Origin: Thecamonas trahens ATCC 50062
Taxonomy: Eukaryota > Protista > Apusomonadida
Assembly (NCBI RefSeq): GCF_000142905.1
Contig: NW_013657642.1
Location: 65,688-129,687 of the forward strand
Reading direction: 5' to 3'
Length of the DNA stretch: 64,000 nucleotides
A model generated the notes under the pieces. The model had not been told where the DNA came from and made no database searches. It was given only the letters and a program-made list of their open reading frames with translations. Below, one piece after another: positions 31,522-41,697 of the stretch (the stretch's first letter is position 1; every line of letters begins with the position of its first letter). The translations under genes were made by a program, and so were the position numbers.

Positions 31522-34500
31522 ATGTCACATACACTCCTTCGCCACTCATGTGCCCGTCTTTCCCTCGCACTCGTCGTCATTGTCGTCCTCGCTGCTGCTT
31601 TGCCTCTGGCCCATGGGCAGACGCCACCGCGGCCGCCGTCGACGGTGGTGGACGACCCGTCGCAGGGCTCATGGGCCCTAGATGGTACAGCCATTGGATA
31701 TGTGTTAATGCCGGATGATGGCGATGGCTCACCCAACATGCCTCTGCCCCGTTACGTCGGGTTGCCCATGAACAGCCTCGTCAACTCGGCGGCGTCGCTC
31801 TGGTCCACCGCCATCGCTGGCAGCGGTGGCGCACTCCTCACTGTCGTCAGACAGCAGTCAGGCACCGATATCAACGCCATCGTGATGCAGGCCGGTGCGA
31901 TCGATTCTTTGGAGCATCCGCTCACTCAGTTTGCCAAGGACATGGCAACCACCGTCGATCCCTGCACCTCCTCCACGGCGCCGCCCGAGCAATACGCCTC
32001 GGTCTTCCTCGCCCAGGCCAACCGGAACAACTCGGTGATGGTTCCGGCCGCAGGCGACATACTCGCTTTTGGCTACGTTGTTGATGGCACAACTGCTCGC
32101 GTGGCACTGGCGTACGGCGAAGATCTCATCGAGTACAGCCCGACTGCGCCGCCAGTCTGCGGCATCAATAGGCCGTCGTGGGATGCATCGGACACCGTGC
32201 CGCCGCCACCGGCGCCGCCACTTGACATTGCAGCAGTCGTCCGCGATCCGGCCCGGGGCAGCGCCGGCTGGTTCGTCTTTTCATCGCATGGCATGACCTA
32301 CTGCGAGACGAGGACGCCCTGTACCCTGGTCACCTCCTCCATGCTCCCGGCCAGCGTGACCGGCTCGGTCCGGCTCTTAGATGCGACCATCGTCATGGCA
32401 CCGGGCACTTTGAAGCGGCTGGCTGTCCTTCTGCTGGCGATAGAAGATCCCAGTTCTTCGCCGAGGAGAATTACAACCGATGCCTTTGTCTGCACTGGCA
32501 TCGAGCCCTTCACCGCTGCCAGTGTGACTTGCGCCGCTGCGGGGCTGGACCTTACCCTCCAAGTCGACCCACACTTGACCACTCTCCCGTCGGGCGACGT
32601 CATCCTTCTCCACCGCGACGAGTTTGGTCCAGGATTCATCTCGCTCTTTCTCGTTCATATCTCGTCCACAAGCGACCACAGCCAGCCGTCGACATTCACC
32701 CGGCGCATCGATGCCTTTCCATGGTTCGAGGGCTACGACGAGGGCACTGATTCCGCTTTTCGGCTGCTCTACGATGGCCTACGCGACCGGCTGGTCCTCA
32801 TCTACTTTGTCCAACCGGGCATCAACGGTCTTCCGCCAAGCGACTCAATTGTGGTCCAGGACTGCTCATTTGCGCGCTCGCTTGACGTCTTCAACTGCCT
32901 AGTTTCAATCTTCGAGATTCCGTCCCACGGGCACGAGGGTGCGGTCTCGCGCGCGTTTGAGGCCGAGATCCGCGCCGACAGCACCGGGCGCTCACTCCTC
33001 ACCATCTATGTTGCCGGTTACCTGGATGCAAACCCGCCGGCGACGCCGTACACCGAGAGCGGACTGTATGCGCTCAACTACAACCTCGAGTTTGGGTGTC
33101 GCGAAGGTTTTCTGCCAGGTTCGTCACCGGCCTGCCTCGGTTGCGGGCCGGGCAACTCATCGGTGGTGGTCGGGAGCGAGCTGGTGTGCAGCCCTTGCGA
33201 TCAAGGCACCTTTGCGCGTCGAATCGGAACGCCTCAGTGCGCGACGTGCGACCCGAATGCGTTTACACTCGGGCCTGGCTCAGAGTTCTGCCTCTCGCAA
33301 CCGGGTTTTGTGCCGTCGAGTCGCAATCCAGACTTTATGCTGCGGTGCGCGTCGCTCCGGGCGTGTCCGGGCAACAACGTGTGCGGGACCGGATACGAGG
33401 GCGAGGCGTGCTCGCAGTGCGCCAAGGGCTACTATCGCAAGTCCGGCGAGTGCGAGGGCTGCCCCAGCAGCGGAACGCAAGCGTTCAAGCTCCTTTTGCT
33501 GGTAATCTTTGTCCTTGTTATGGTCGCAGTCCTTGTTAGCTTTGCGTACATCGACATTAAGCTTGATCTCAAGGGTCAAGCGCGCCTGATGTTTGCACGG
33601 CTGCGATCGCACCTGACGCTTGGCGCGGTGTTCCTCGCATACGCGCAGCTGGTGGCTATTCTCCGCAGCCTCGACGTCCGGTGGTCGTCGGCCAACCTGC
33701 TCCTCTTTGACCTGCTGGGCATTGCCAACTTTAACCTTGATCTCATGGCGGCAGAGTGCTCGTCGGATGCCTTTGACTACACCACCAAGTGGATGCTGGG
33801 TGTGGCTGGGCGGCTGTCGCTCATCGGCATGCTGTGGGTGGCGTACGGCGCGACCCGGCTGGCGCGGACCCGGACAATGGCGGTGACGAGCACGCTCTTT
33901 ATGTACGCTGGCCTGCTCGCACGAACGCTGGAAATCTTCGACTGCACTCGGCAGCTCGATGGATCGTACCACCTCGATGCCGAACCGTCGCGGGTCTGCT
34001 TCTCCGGAGGGTGGTGGGTAGCGATGGCGCTGGTGGCCCTGGTTGTGGCCGTCGGGTTTGGTCTCGGTGTCCCGGTCGCGATCTTCTGGTTCCGCAAGAC
34101 GTCTGCTTTTGACGAGCTTGGCCTGTACAAGTTCCACCGGCGGTTTGCGGTGTGGGAGGTAGTCATCACCGCGCGCAAGTTCACCTTTGTCGGGGCCATT
34201 ATGTTTTTCTCCTCGCGGCCGATGGTGGCGGCAGTGCTGGCACTCACAGTAGTCCTCGTCTCGCTCGTGGCGCAGTTGTGGAAGCGGCCATTCATGTACA
34301 AGCAGCACAACGTGCTGGAGTCAATCCTGCTTTGCGTGGCGGCGGTGATCCTCATCGGTGTCATGTTCCTTGCTCGTGGCGGGAGGAGCATCTCTGATGG
34401 CCAATGGATGGCCATCCAGGTGCTTGTCGGCCTCTGCTTTGCCTTTGCGCTCCTCGCCACCATCACCACCCTCATCTGGTCGCTCACTTCTCTCGAGGTC

Positions 34501-34638
34501 CTTGATGTGGAAGAGGACAACGCCCTCCACGCCATCGAAAATGCCGAGGAGATCGAGCTCGACTCGGCAGCGCTCGCCGTCTGCCCCGGTCCCGCCACCG
34601 ACGTTCCCCCCCGGCCGACAACAGCAGCACTACCTTGA
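31522..34638 (+). CDS. Signal-peptide protein with large ectodomain, Cys-rich (ephrin-receptor/TNFR-like) repeats and a multi-TM C-terminal domain
   Basis: Signal peptide ending PLAHG/Q; CSPCDQGTF and CGTGYEGEACSQCAKGYY repeats; about 9 hydrophobic helices (AYAQLVAIL, WEVVITARKF, KRPF...HNVLE). Confidence 0.8.
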   Translation: MSHTLLRHSCARLSLALVVIVVLAAALPLAHGQTPPRPPSTVVDDPSQGSWALDGTAIGYVLMPDDGDGSPNMPLPRYVGLPMNSLVNSAASLWSTAIAGSGGALLTVVRQQSGTDINAIVMQAGAIDSLEHPLTQFAKDMATTVDPCTSSTAPPEQYASVFLAQANRNNSVMVPAAGDILAFGYVVDGTTARVALAYGEDLIEYSPTAPPVCGINRPSWDASDTVPPPPAPPLDIAAVVRDPARGSAGWFVFSSHGMTYCETRTPCTLVTSSMLPASVTGSVRLLDATIVMAPGTLKRLAVLLLAIEDPSSSPRRITTDAFVCTGIEPFTAASVTCAAAGLDLTLQVDPHLTTLPSGDVILLHRDEFGPGFISLFLVHISSTSDHSQPSTFTRRIDAFPWFEGYDEGTDSAFRLLYDGLRDRLVLIYFVQPGINGLPPSDSIVVQDCSFARSLDVFNCLVSIFEIPSHGHEGAVSRAFEAEIRADSTGRSLLTIYVAGYLDANPPATPYTESGLYALNYNLEFGCREGFLPGSSPACLGCGPGNSSVVVGSELVCSPCDQGTFARRIGTPQCATCDPNAFTLGPGSEFCLSQPGFVPSSRNPDFMLRCASLRACPGNNVCGTGYEGEACSQCAKGYYRKSGECEGCPSSGTQAFKLLLLVIFVLVMVAVLVSFAYIDIKLDLKGQARLMFARLRSHLTLGAVFLAYAQLVAILRSLDVRWSSANLLLFDLLGIANFNLDLMAAECSSDAFDYTTKWMLGVAGRLSLIGMLWVAYGATRLARTRTMAVTSTLFMYAGLLARTLEIFDCTRQLDGSYHLDAEPSRVCFSGGWWVAMALVALVVAVGFGLGVPVAIFWFRKTSAFDELGLYKFHRRFAVWEVVITARKFTFVGAIMFFSSRPMVAAVLALTVVLVSLVAQLWKRPFMYKQHNVLESILLCVAAVILIGVMFLARGGRSISDGQWMAIQVLVGLCFAFALLATITTLIWSLTSLEVLDVEEDNALHAIENAEEIELDSAALAVCPGPATDVPPRPTTAALP

Positions 34639-35220
34639 GCTAAACTGTGATCCACATACTTGTCGCCAGCCGCGCCTCCGGTTCATTATGGCGGACAGCC
34701 TCGCTCGAGCTTATCCACACACGATCGTCGAGCGGTTCCCGATGGACGCCAACGACCACGAGACGGCGACAAAGGATTTGATCGCTCGCACGACAAAGGC
34801 GCTAGGTAGCGCTGATCTGAACGAGCGATGAAAGTGGGCCGGCCCGGTGGAGGCCAACCCGTCGGGATGTGTGCTCAAGCTCGTGAGGACAGCGATGGGC
34901 GAGCCGTACCACGTAGTCTAGCCCCGCCCGTCCGAACAAGCACCCGATCGCCTCCACATCAAGCCGCAATGCGAGCGGGAGGAGCGGTCGAGCAGGCGAG
35001 CGAGTGCGAGCCAATTCGGCCAAGCCAATTCCTTCGCGCCAAGCGCATCAACTTTTGGACGAAACGGCGAGCGGGAAGAGGCAGCAGACAGCAGAGCAGT
35101 GGACCACCCCACGCCAGCCACTGCCACTGCCAGCGATAGCCAGACAGCCAGACAGCCAGACAGCCAGGAAGCCAACTACATACACGGCCCACTTGCTTGT
35201 GGGTAGTCCCTCTCTGCTGC

Positions 35221-38200
35221 ATGTCGTACTACTCCCCGGCACACAGGGTGGCTCTCCCGCCGGCACGGACACAGGCGGCGGTCTCCCCACCGGCGGCGCC
35301 TGACCACCCGCGGTCGCTCAAGCTCGGCGACGAGGTGCTCTGGCAGGGCGCGCGGGGCTACATCCGGTTCATTGGAAAGACCCTGTTTGGAGCTGGGGTG
35401 TATCTGGGTCTGGAGCTGGTCGAGCCGAGGGGCATGTGCAACGGGTCGTGGGCCGGCAAGACGTACTTCAAGACCCGCCCCGATTGCGCCGTCTTTGTCC
35501 GCAAGGGCGACGTCGAGCTCACCTACGATCCGAAGCGCTCCTTCCGCCGCAGGACGCTCCGGCAGGCGCAGGAGTTTGAGAAGAGCCTGCGGGCAGAAAC
35601 GGAGCTGGTTGTCGGTGCACGGGTCATTGTTGCCCACCGCATCGGCACGCTCGAGTACATCGGCACGCTCAAGGGCGCGCCCGAGTCAGAGACCTGGTAT
35701 GGCATCCGCCTCGATTTTCGCGTCGCCGACATCCTCTCGGTCTGCTCCACAGACGCCAACCTGTACCGTACAGTCGGCCCGGCCGACGGCTCGATCATGG
35801 GTGAGCAGTACTTTAGCTGCGAGGTCGGCCACGCGCTTTTTGCCCGCCGCGACGCCATCACCCTCGCCACCCGCGAAGCGCTCATGAAGCACTACTCGGA
35901 AAAGGCCGAGCGCAACACCCGTCAGCCGCACCACATTGTCGGCTCGCCCAAGTCGACGCCGCGGTCGCGGCCGCAAACCGCGCCGCCGTCGGCGTCCAAG
36001 CAGGCGAGCCCGATTGCGCCGCCCGCGCCGCGCGAGGTCGACTCGCGCCCGCCGATGGTCCGCGCTCTCGCGCGCCGCAAGGCCAAGAAGGCGTACTACT
36101 CGTCGATGATTGGCAAGCACGTGGTTGCCAACGGCCGCCGCGGCACCATCCGCTTTATGGGCAAGACTCACTTTGCGCCGGGCGTGTGGGTCGGCCTCGA
36201 GCTCGACACGCGCGACGGCATGCACGACGGCACCTTTCAGGGCCGCACCTACTTTGAGTGCCCTTCCGAGCGCGGTATCTTTGTCCGCGAGTCTGCGCTT
36301 TCGCTCCCCAAGCCGGCGACGGACATGGTTGTGGATGGCGAGACGCCGCCGACGTCGCGGCCGACGACCTCGGCGGGCTCGTCGTCGCGCTCGCTCCGTC
36401 TCCCACTGTTGGCTACCTCGTCGCTTGCGGTGGCGCGGGCTGACACTGCGCTCTCGCCGTCATACTGCCCGAGCGGCCTTCCCAACGCGGCGACCGCGGC
36501 GACGCCGGCAGCCACATTTGTGGCCGAAGAAGTGGTGGCCTGGCCGAGCGAGCTTCGCGAGGCCAGCACCGACCTCGCCTCGCTGGCCAGCGGCCTTGTT
36601 GGCGTCGCACGCACCATAGCAGCGCCGCTTGCGCCAACCCAGCGCTCGCTTGCCTGGGTCGTCTTTTGCTGGGTCTCCCGCAATATTGCCTTTGACGAAG
36701 ACGGTTTTCTGTCGAGTGATCCCGGCGGGCTGGAGGCGTCGCCGTCGGCGGCGGCGATGCAGGCCGCGGCGAACTCGGCGCTCTCAAGCCGCAAGGCAAC
36801 GTCGCTCGGCCTCGCCTCGCTAGTGGCACTGCTTCTCGGCGCGGCGCCCAAGGAGCTGCGGCCGGCGGTAGGGCTCAACTTTGGCTTTGCAAAGCAGTAC
36901 GGATTTGAGGCCGGTGCGTCGTTTGAGGACACCGCGCCCGACCACTATTGGCTGAGTATGGCGCTGAGCGACGAAGACAGGGGAGTTCTGTCGATGGATC
37001 CGACGTGGGCGGCAGCGGCGCGGACCGGGCTCAAGCCTGCGGCGCAGTCGCCGCCTGCGGCGCTGTTCTACTTTGACATGCCGCCGCGAGCGGTGGCAGC
37101 CTCGCACTATGCACTCGCCGGTCCGCAGGTTGCGGACAAGGAGCGCAACGTGCGTGCGCTGGACGAGTTTGATGCCGCACTCTGCGCCACGCCGCTGTTG
37201 TGGCTGTACGGACTGGATCCGCCACGACAGCAGGGCTGCGTCCTCCGGCCGGCCGAGACGCTGTTCTCGTTTGATCTCCGGTTCGACGCAGCGTCGGGCC
37301 TTTCGGGCTTTGACATTGCGCTGGCGGGGCGGCTGCGGCTAGCGGGTGCGTACCGGATGATGGCACTCGGCGACTCGTTTGCCGAGGCCTTTGCCGACTC
37401 GTCGTGGGTCCTTGTCCAGTCGGCGAGCCACGACCTGTGGACGGTCCAGGTGCGGCTGCCGTCGCTAGATCGTGAGTACATGCTTGAGCTGTACGGACGC
37501 GACTTGGCCGGACGCGAGGCAGCGCCGCGCAACGCCGCGCTTCCGGACGACGCCACGCGTGTGCTGCAATACCGGATCCAGCCGACACGGCCTGTCCCGC
37601 CGATGCTGGGCGCATCGTCGTCAGCGTCGCTCCTGGGCTCGGCGCGGAGCCTGGCACGGGCACCGGCACGTGTCCGCGAGCTCACGCCGGCGTTCTGTGG
37701 CTTCCCCAAGCTAGCACTGACCCGGCTTGCGCCGGGATGTGTCCTCTACTCGCCGCTCGCCGAGTATCTCGAGCTCGGAGCGGCGGTCACGTTCTCGATC
37801 CGGCTTCCGTACGCCGCCAAGATGGAGCTGCTGGGCAAGGGTTTCGTCCACGTTCTCCGGCGGTCGCTCAAGCACTCGAATGACATTGCGACGAGCGGGC
37901 CGAAGCAGCTGTCGGCGCTAGAGCGCGCGTCCCGGCCGAGCCCGCCGTCTTCCCGCGGACCAGCTACGCCTGCACGGAGAAAAGGGCGGCGGAGCCGGAG
38001 CCTGCTGGCGTCCCAAATCTCGCCGGTGCGGCGGCACGGCCGGCTCGACACGCCGTCCAAGTTCATGGTGCTTCCGCCGGCTGTCCTCGGCGCGTCGATC
38101 GAGCAGGGCGAGCTTCCGGACGAGGCCCACGCCATGTTCACCGGCAAGTTCACCCTCTCTGCGCCCGGCATGGTCACCCTTGTTGCCACCAACCTCCTCG

Positions 38201-38247
38201 GCAAGCGCGTCACCGTCTTCCGCTTCAAGGTCACGCAATCGTCGTAG
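35221..38247 (+). CDS. Triple CAP-Gly protein fused to a KY/hillarin/Cyk3-type transglutaminase-like domain
   Basis: Three CAP-Gly motifs (GLELVEPRGMCNG, WYGIRLD..DGSIMGEQYFSC, GLELDTRDGMHDG). TGase-like motifs FCWVSRNIAFD, GFAK, DHYW, MDPTWAA and FYFDMPP. Confidence 0.8.
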   Translation: MSYYSPAHRVALPPARTQAAVSPPAAPDHPRSLKLGDEVLWQGARGYIRFIGKTLFGAGVYLGLELVEPRGMCNGSWAGKTYFKTRPDCAVFVRKGDVELTYDPKRSFRRRTLRQAQEFEKSLRAETELVVGARVIVAHRIGTLEYIGTLKGAPESETWYGIRLDFRVADILSVCSTDANLYRTVGPADGSIMGEQYFSCEVGHALFARRDAITLATREALMKHYSEKAERNTRQPHHIVGSPKSTPRSRPQTAPPSASKQASPIAPPAPREVDSRPPMVRALARRKAKKAYYSSMIGKHVVANGRRGTIRFMGKTHFAPGVWVGLELDTRDGMHDGTFQGRTYFECPSERGIFVRESALSLPKPATDMVVDGETPPTSRPTTSAGSSSRSLRLPLLATSSLAVARADTALSPSYCPSGLPNAATAATPAATFVAEEVVAWPSELREASTDLASLASGLVGVARTIAAPLAPTQRSLAWVVFCWVSRNIAFDEDGFLSSDPGGLEASPSAAAMQAAANSALSSRKATSLGLASLVALLLGAAPKELRPAVGLNFGFAKQYGFEAGASFEDTAPDHYWLSMALSDEDRGVLSMDPTWAAAARTGLKPAAQSPPAALFYFDMPPRAVAASHYALAGPQVADKERNVRALDEFDAALCATPLLWLYGLDPPRQQGCVLRPAETLFSFDLRFDAASGLSGFDIALAGRLRLAGAYRMMALGDSFAEAFADSSWVLVQSASHDLWTVQVRLPSLDREYMLELYGRDLAGREAAPRNAALPDDATRVLQYRIQPTRPVPPMLGASSSASLLGSARSLARAPARVRELTPAFCGFPKLALTRLAPGCVLYSPLAEYLELGAAVTFSIRLPYAAKMELLGKGFVHVLRRSLKHSNDIATSGPKQLSALERASRPSPPSSRGPATPARRKGRRSRSLLASQISPVRRHGRLDTPSKFMVLPPAVLGASIEQGELPDEAHAMFTGKFTLSAPGMVTLVATNLLGKRVTVFRFKVTQSS

Positions 38248-38731
38248 CCAGCCTACCTCATGGCCAGCTCTAAACCCGAGCGGGGCTGCGGCGCAGAGCC
38301 ATAGCCATGACCATGACCACAGCCACCACACCACTTGGCCCGAGTGGGCCGAGTTGGTACATCTGCCTCGGTCATGGCAAGGTCAGAGCCGACGAATGCT
38401 CTCCTGGACCACCTGTGCTCGCTACGTCCTCATCCCCCCCGTCCGCGAGACTGGAGGGCTCGGATCGCTCACGATTGCCCGCGACTCGGATGCCGAAGAC
38501 ACGCGGACAATCGGATCTCTCGTCGCCATTCCGCTCACCACTAGCGAGTGGAATGCCAAGCGAACGAGCGGCTTTGCCGCCCTCGTTCCGCTTCTCGACT
38601 CGGGCGCCATCCCCGCCGTTGCCGACGTCGGCCGCCCCAGCGCCATCCGTGGGCCCAGCACCGATGCAAGTGAGGGAGGAGACGGAGAAGAGTAGATCGC
38701 TTGGGGAACAGTTTAACACACACCCGCCCGC

Positions 38732-39183
38732 CTACGACGACGTGCTCGTAGTCGGAGCCTCTGCTGCTGCTGCCTTTGCGGCATCGGACGCCGCGTACTT
38801 TTCCAGCACCGCCGCCACGTCTGCGCCCATCCGTTCCCAAAACCAGCATCACTGTGAGTTCCACAGCCACTACATATCATGACCATCATCCGACTGAGAC
38901 GACCGATACCACCGATACCACCGATACCACCGATACCAACGATGCGAGCACGCGCCCATCATGATCACCCCGCCCACCCCACGAGATGTATGATCACTCC
39001 TTCGACAAACATGACTATTCCCTCCCGTCCACCATAATCATACTCATCTCCTCCCCCCCCAACATGCTCATCACCCTCCTCCCCTCCTCCCCTTCCCCGC
39101 TCCTCCCCCCTCGATCCCTTGCCCTCTCCGACTGACGGAGCGATCCCATCTCGCGACAGCCCCACACCGCCACAGCCACACAC

Positions 39184-39245
<62 letters not shown>

Positions 39246-39516
39246 TACCGGGGTTGTCACGCTTGAGGTTGTACACGTAGTGAGGGTTACGGCGGTGCAT
39301 CTTGCGCGGGCGCTTGGGCACCCGCGGGAGAACCTTACGGGTCTTGGTGGTGAGGCCCATAGCCGTGGCGGGCTCAAGCGCCTCAGCGCGCAGGGAGGCC
39401 CGGGTGGGGAAGACAGACCGCGGAAGGACCTTGAACAGGTTGTTGGCCGTCTGTGGCTTGCCCAGAGACGCAAGCGCCCGGATGACAAGCACGGTCCGTT
39501 GCGGGAGCGATGCCAT
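38732..39516 (-). CDS. Small basic hypothetical protein (about 118 aa); exons 39516-39249 and 38820-38732
   Basis: GTACGT donor at 39248, AACTCAC branch-like site and CAG acceptor at 38821 give in-phase ...RDNP-DVAAVLEKY...SS*. The intron holds a (GT)n tract. Confidence 0.65.
39186..39241. repeat. (CA)n microsatellite inside an intron
   Basis: Directly visible. Confidence 0.95.
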
Positions 39517-39982
39517 CGGTTGGAGACGAGTGCTCCGCCGCCCAGTCCGTCTAGTCTGCCCAGTCCGCCCGCTGCCCGCCGCCCGCCGCTCGCCGCCCGC
39601 CGCCCGCCGCCACACTCATCTTGCCTGCTGCGCTACTCCGCCCCGCCCGCACCGATCACCGCCCACCATCCCGCGCGGCGGGGGGGGGGGGGGGGGGCAG
39701 GTTACATCCCACGGCAGTCAGTTGCGGCGGGCGGGGGGGGGGGGGAGGTCGGTCTCAACTACGCCACTCCTGCCCCTTGCATCGCATATTACTTCATCTC
39801 GGCGCAGGCATACTAGTGATGGCGCCGCGTCATCGCCGCCACAGCACCCTGCCCCTTCCCTCCTCCTCGAGCATCCTCCTGCAGGCACAATATCGCAGTA
39901 GCCTTGAGTGCAGTCATCCCTTGCGCGCGCGCGCGCACGCTTGCCCAGATTAGATCGCTTGCTCCCGTGCTTGTGCTGCTCG

Positions 39983-40639
39983 TCAGCCGGACCACGCTGC
40001 GAGCTGCGCGAGGAAACCCGGGTTCGGCGCAGCGTGCGGTACGGCGGCGATGACGGTGGCGAGGCCAACCTCGCCGGACACGCCACGGAGACGAGCAATG
40101 AGTGCAGCAGCGAGAGTGGGCGAGCGCGAGACGGCCCGCTTGCAGTGGACCAAGACGCGATCGCCGCGTGCGAGGGCGTCGAGGACAAAGTCAAAGACAC
40201 CCGCTGCAGCAGCATCCTCCAGCAGCGCCACATCTGGCTCGTCGGCCAAGGGCAGGTGGAGATAGCGGATTCCGAGTCCAGCATGGACAGGTCCTTGCGA
40301 CGAGAGGCTGACAATGTGCGAGATGCGGAGCGATCGGAGCAGCGCGGCATCACGGGCATGCCGTGCCGTCCCCACCAGCAAGCCGTCAGCCACGCTCCAC
40401 GGCCCAGGCCCGAGCCCAGCCCCAAGCCACTTCAATCCTTGACCTGCGCCCATGGCCGCCATGGCTGCATCGTCCTCGTCCTCGTCCCATCCCGGATCGA
40501 GCCCATCGTGGTCGGCAGCGGCGTCACCGCCGCCCGCATCGCTCCCCGCCCACCCGGGCCACATGCTTGCCAGCCATCGCACCCACGCGCCCGTCACCGC
40601 TCCCACGACGTCTGTGAGGGTAGCAACCATGGCAAGCAT
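39983..40639 (-). CDS. Atypical dual-specificity protein phosphatase
   Basis: VLVHCKRAVSRS (CX5R), general-acid loop LPLADEPD and PNPGFLAQL. Confidence 0.88.
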   Translation of the reverse strand: MLAMVATLTDVVGAVTGAWVRWLASMWPGWAGSDAGGGDAAADHDGLDPGWDEDEDDAAMAAMGAGQGLKWLGAGLGPGPWSVADGLLVGTARHARDAALLRSLRISHIVSLSSQGPVHAGLGIRYLHLPLADEPDVALLEDAAAAGVFDFVLDALARGDRVLVHCKRAVSRSPTLAAALIARLRGVSGEVGLATVIAAVPHAAPNPGFLAQLAAWSG

Positions 40640-40794
40640 GGTGAGAGTCTGCCCCGAGGCGTCGGCGACCCGTCGCAGCGAGTCGGGTGCAGGGAAGGTT
40701 GGACAGGTCGGGCCGGGCTAAAGCCGCAACGTGAATCGGCCGCACACAGAGACACGCCACAGACCGCCAGCGCTACGGGCTCGCTCTCATTCAT

Positions 40795-41697
40795 TCATGA
40801 TGACGACGATGACGACGACTCGCTCGTGTCCGATGTACTCGAAGGGTCGTTGGAATGGCTACTGCTGCTGCTGCTGCTGCTACTGGAACTACTGCTGGCA
40901 GAGCGATCATCCACAACACCGGCAGCGGCCATGACCGCAGCGGGGTAGCCGTGGATGAGGCCGTCGAAGGCGAGGTGGGCAACGTCGGCGGCCGCAGCGG
41001 CGACCGGATCGAGCTCGGCACCCTCGAGGGCAAAGGTGGCCCACTGGAGCGGGTCGCTCGTGGCGGTGGGAGGCGAGAGACCGAGGAGCGCGGCCAGCGC
41101 CGGATCGGGGCCGAGGGCAAGCGCCGCACGGCCGACCTTGCGGACACCGTCGACGGTCGGCTCGCCCTGGATGCGGTTCTTGGAGATGCGGACCCACGGC
41201 GAGGCGTCGAGGTCGAGGCTGGCGAGCAGGTCAAGCAGGACTGCACGAGCAGGCTCCTTCTTGGGCAAGCGTTTGCGGATGCGCTTGGCGAGTGCGTTGG
41301 GCGAGCCAGCTTTGCCGAGTTTGAACGGGCCGAGCTTGAACTTCTCCCACAGCTCGGCACCCGAGACCTCGTCGCGCTCGCGGCGGATCTTGAGCTCGAG
41401 CTCCAGCTTGTATCCGCGTGCTTTGGTCAACTTCTTGCGCTTTACCGACTCGCCGGCGGCGAGTTTGCGCAACGTCTTGCTCACTTTGCGGGCGCGCTTG
41501 CGAGCACGCTTCGAGCCAGCCTCGACGTCTACGCCCCGGAGCTTGAGCCCAAGCATCGCGCCGAGCGGCAGATACCAGTCCGAGCGCGACTCAGCGTCGA
41601 CGCTCCACTGGACTTCAAACGGCCACCCGGTGACCGGCGGCGCACCGCCGGGCACAAACGCGCGCCACTCCCATGCAGACTTGGTCTTTGGTGCCAT
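40795..41697 (-). CDS. Hypothetical protein, possibly CYTH/triphosphate-tunnel-like
   Basis: Motifs WEWRAF, RSDWYL, GLKLRG, LELKIR, ELWEK and VRISKNR resemble the charged beta-strands of CYTH-like proteins. Confidence 0.55.
   Translation of the reverse strand: MAPKTKSAWEWRAFVPGGAPPVTGWPFEVQWSVDAESRSDWYLPLGAMLGLKLRGVDVEAGSKRARKRARKVSKTLRKLAAGESVKRKKLTKARGYKLELELKIRRERDEVSGAELWEKFKLGPFKLGKAGSPNALAKRIRKRLPKKEPARAVLLDLLASLDLDASPWVRISKNRIQGEPTVDGVRKVGRAALALGPDPALAALLGLSPPTATSDPLQWATFALEGAELDPVAAAAADVAHLAFDGLIHGYPAAVMAAAGVVDDRSASSSSSSSSSSSSSHSNDPSSTSDTSESSSSSSS

Noticed and set aside
34688-34831. 47-codon ORF MADSLARAYPHTIVERF...
   Set aside because: Too short, with no recognisable motif or supported splice partner.
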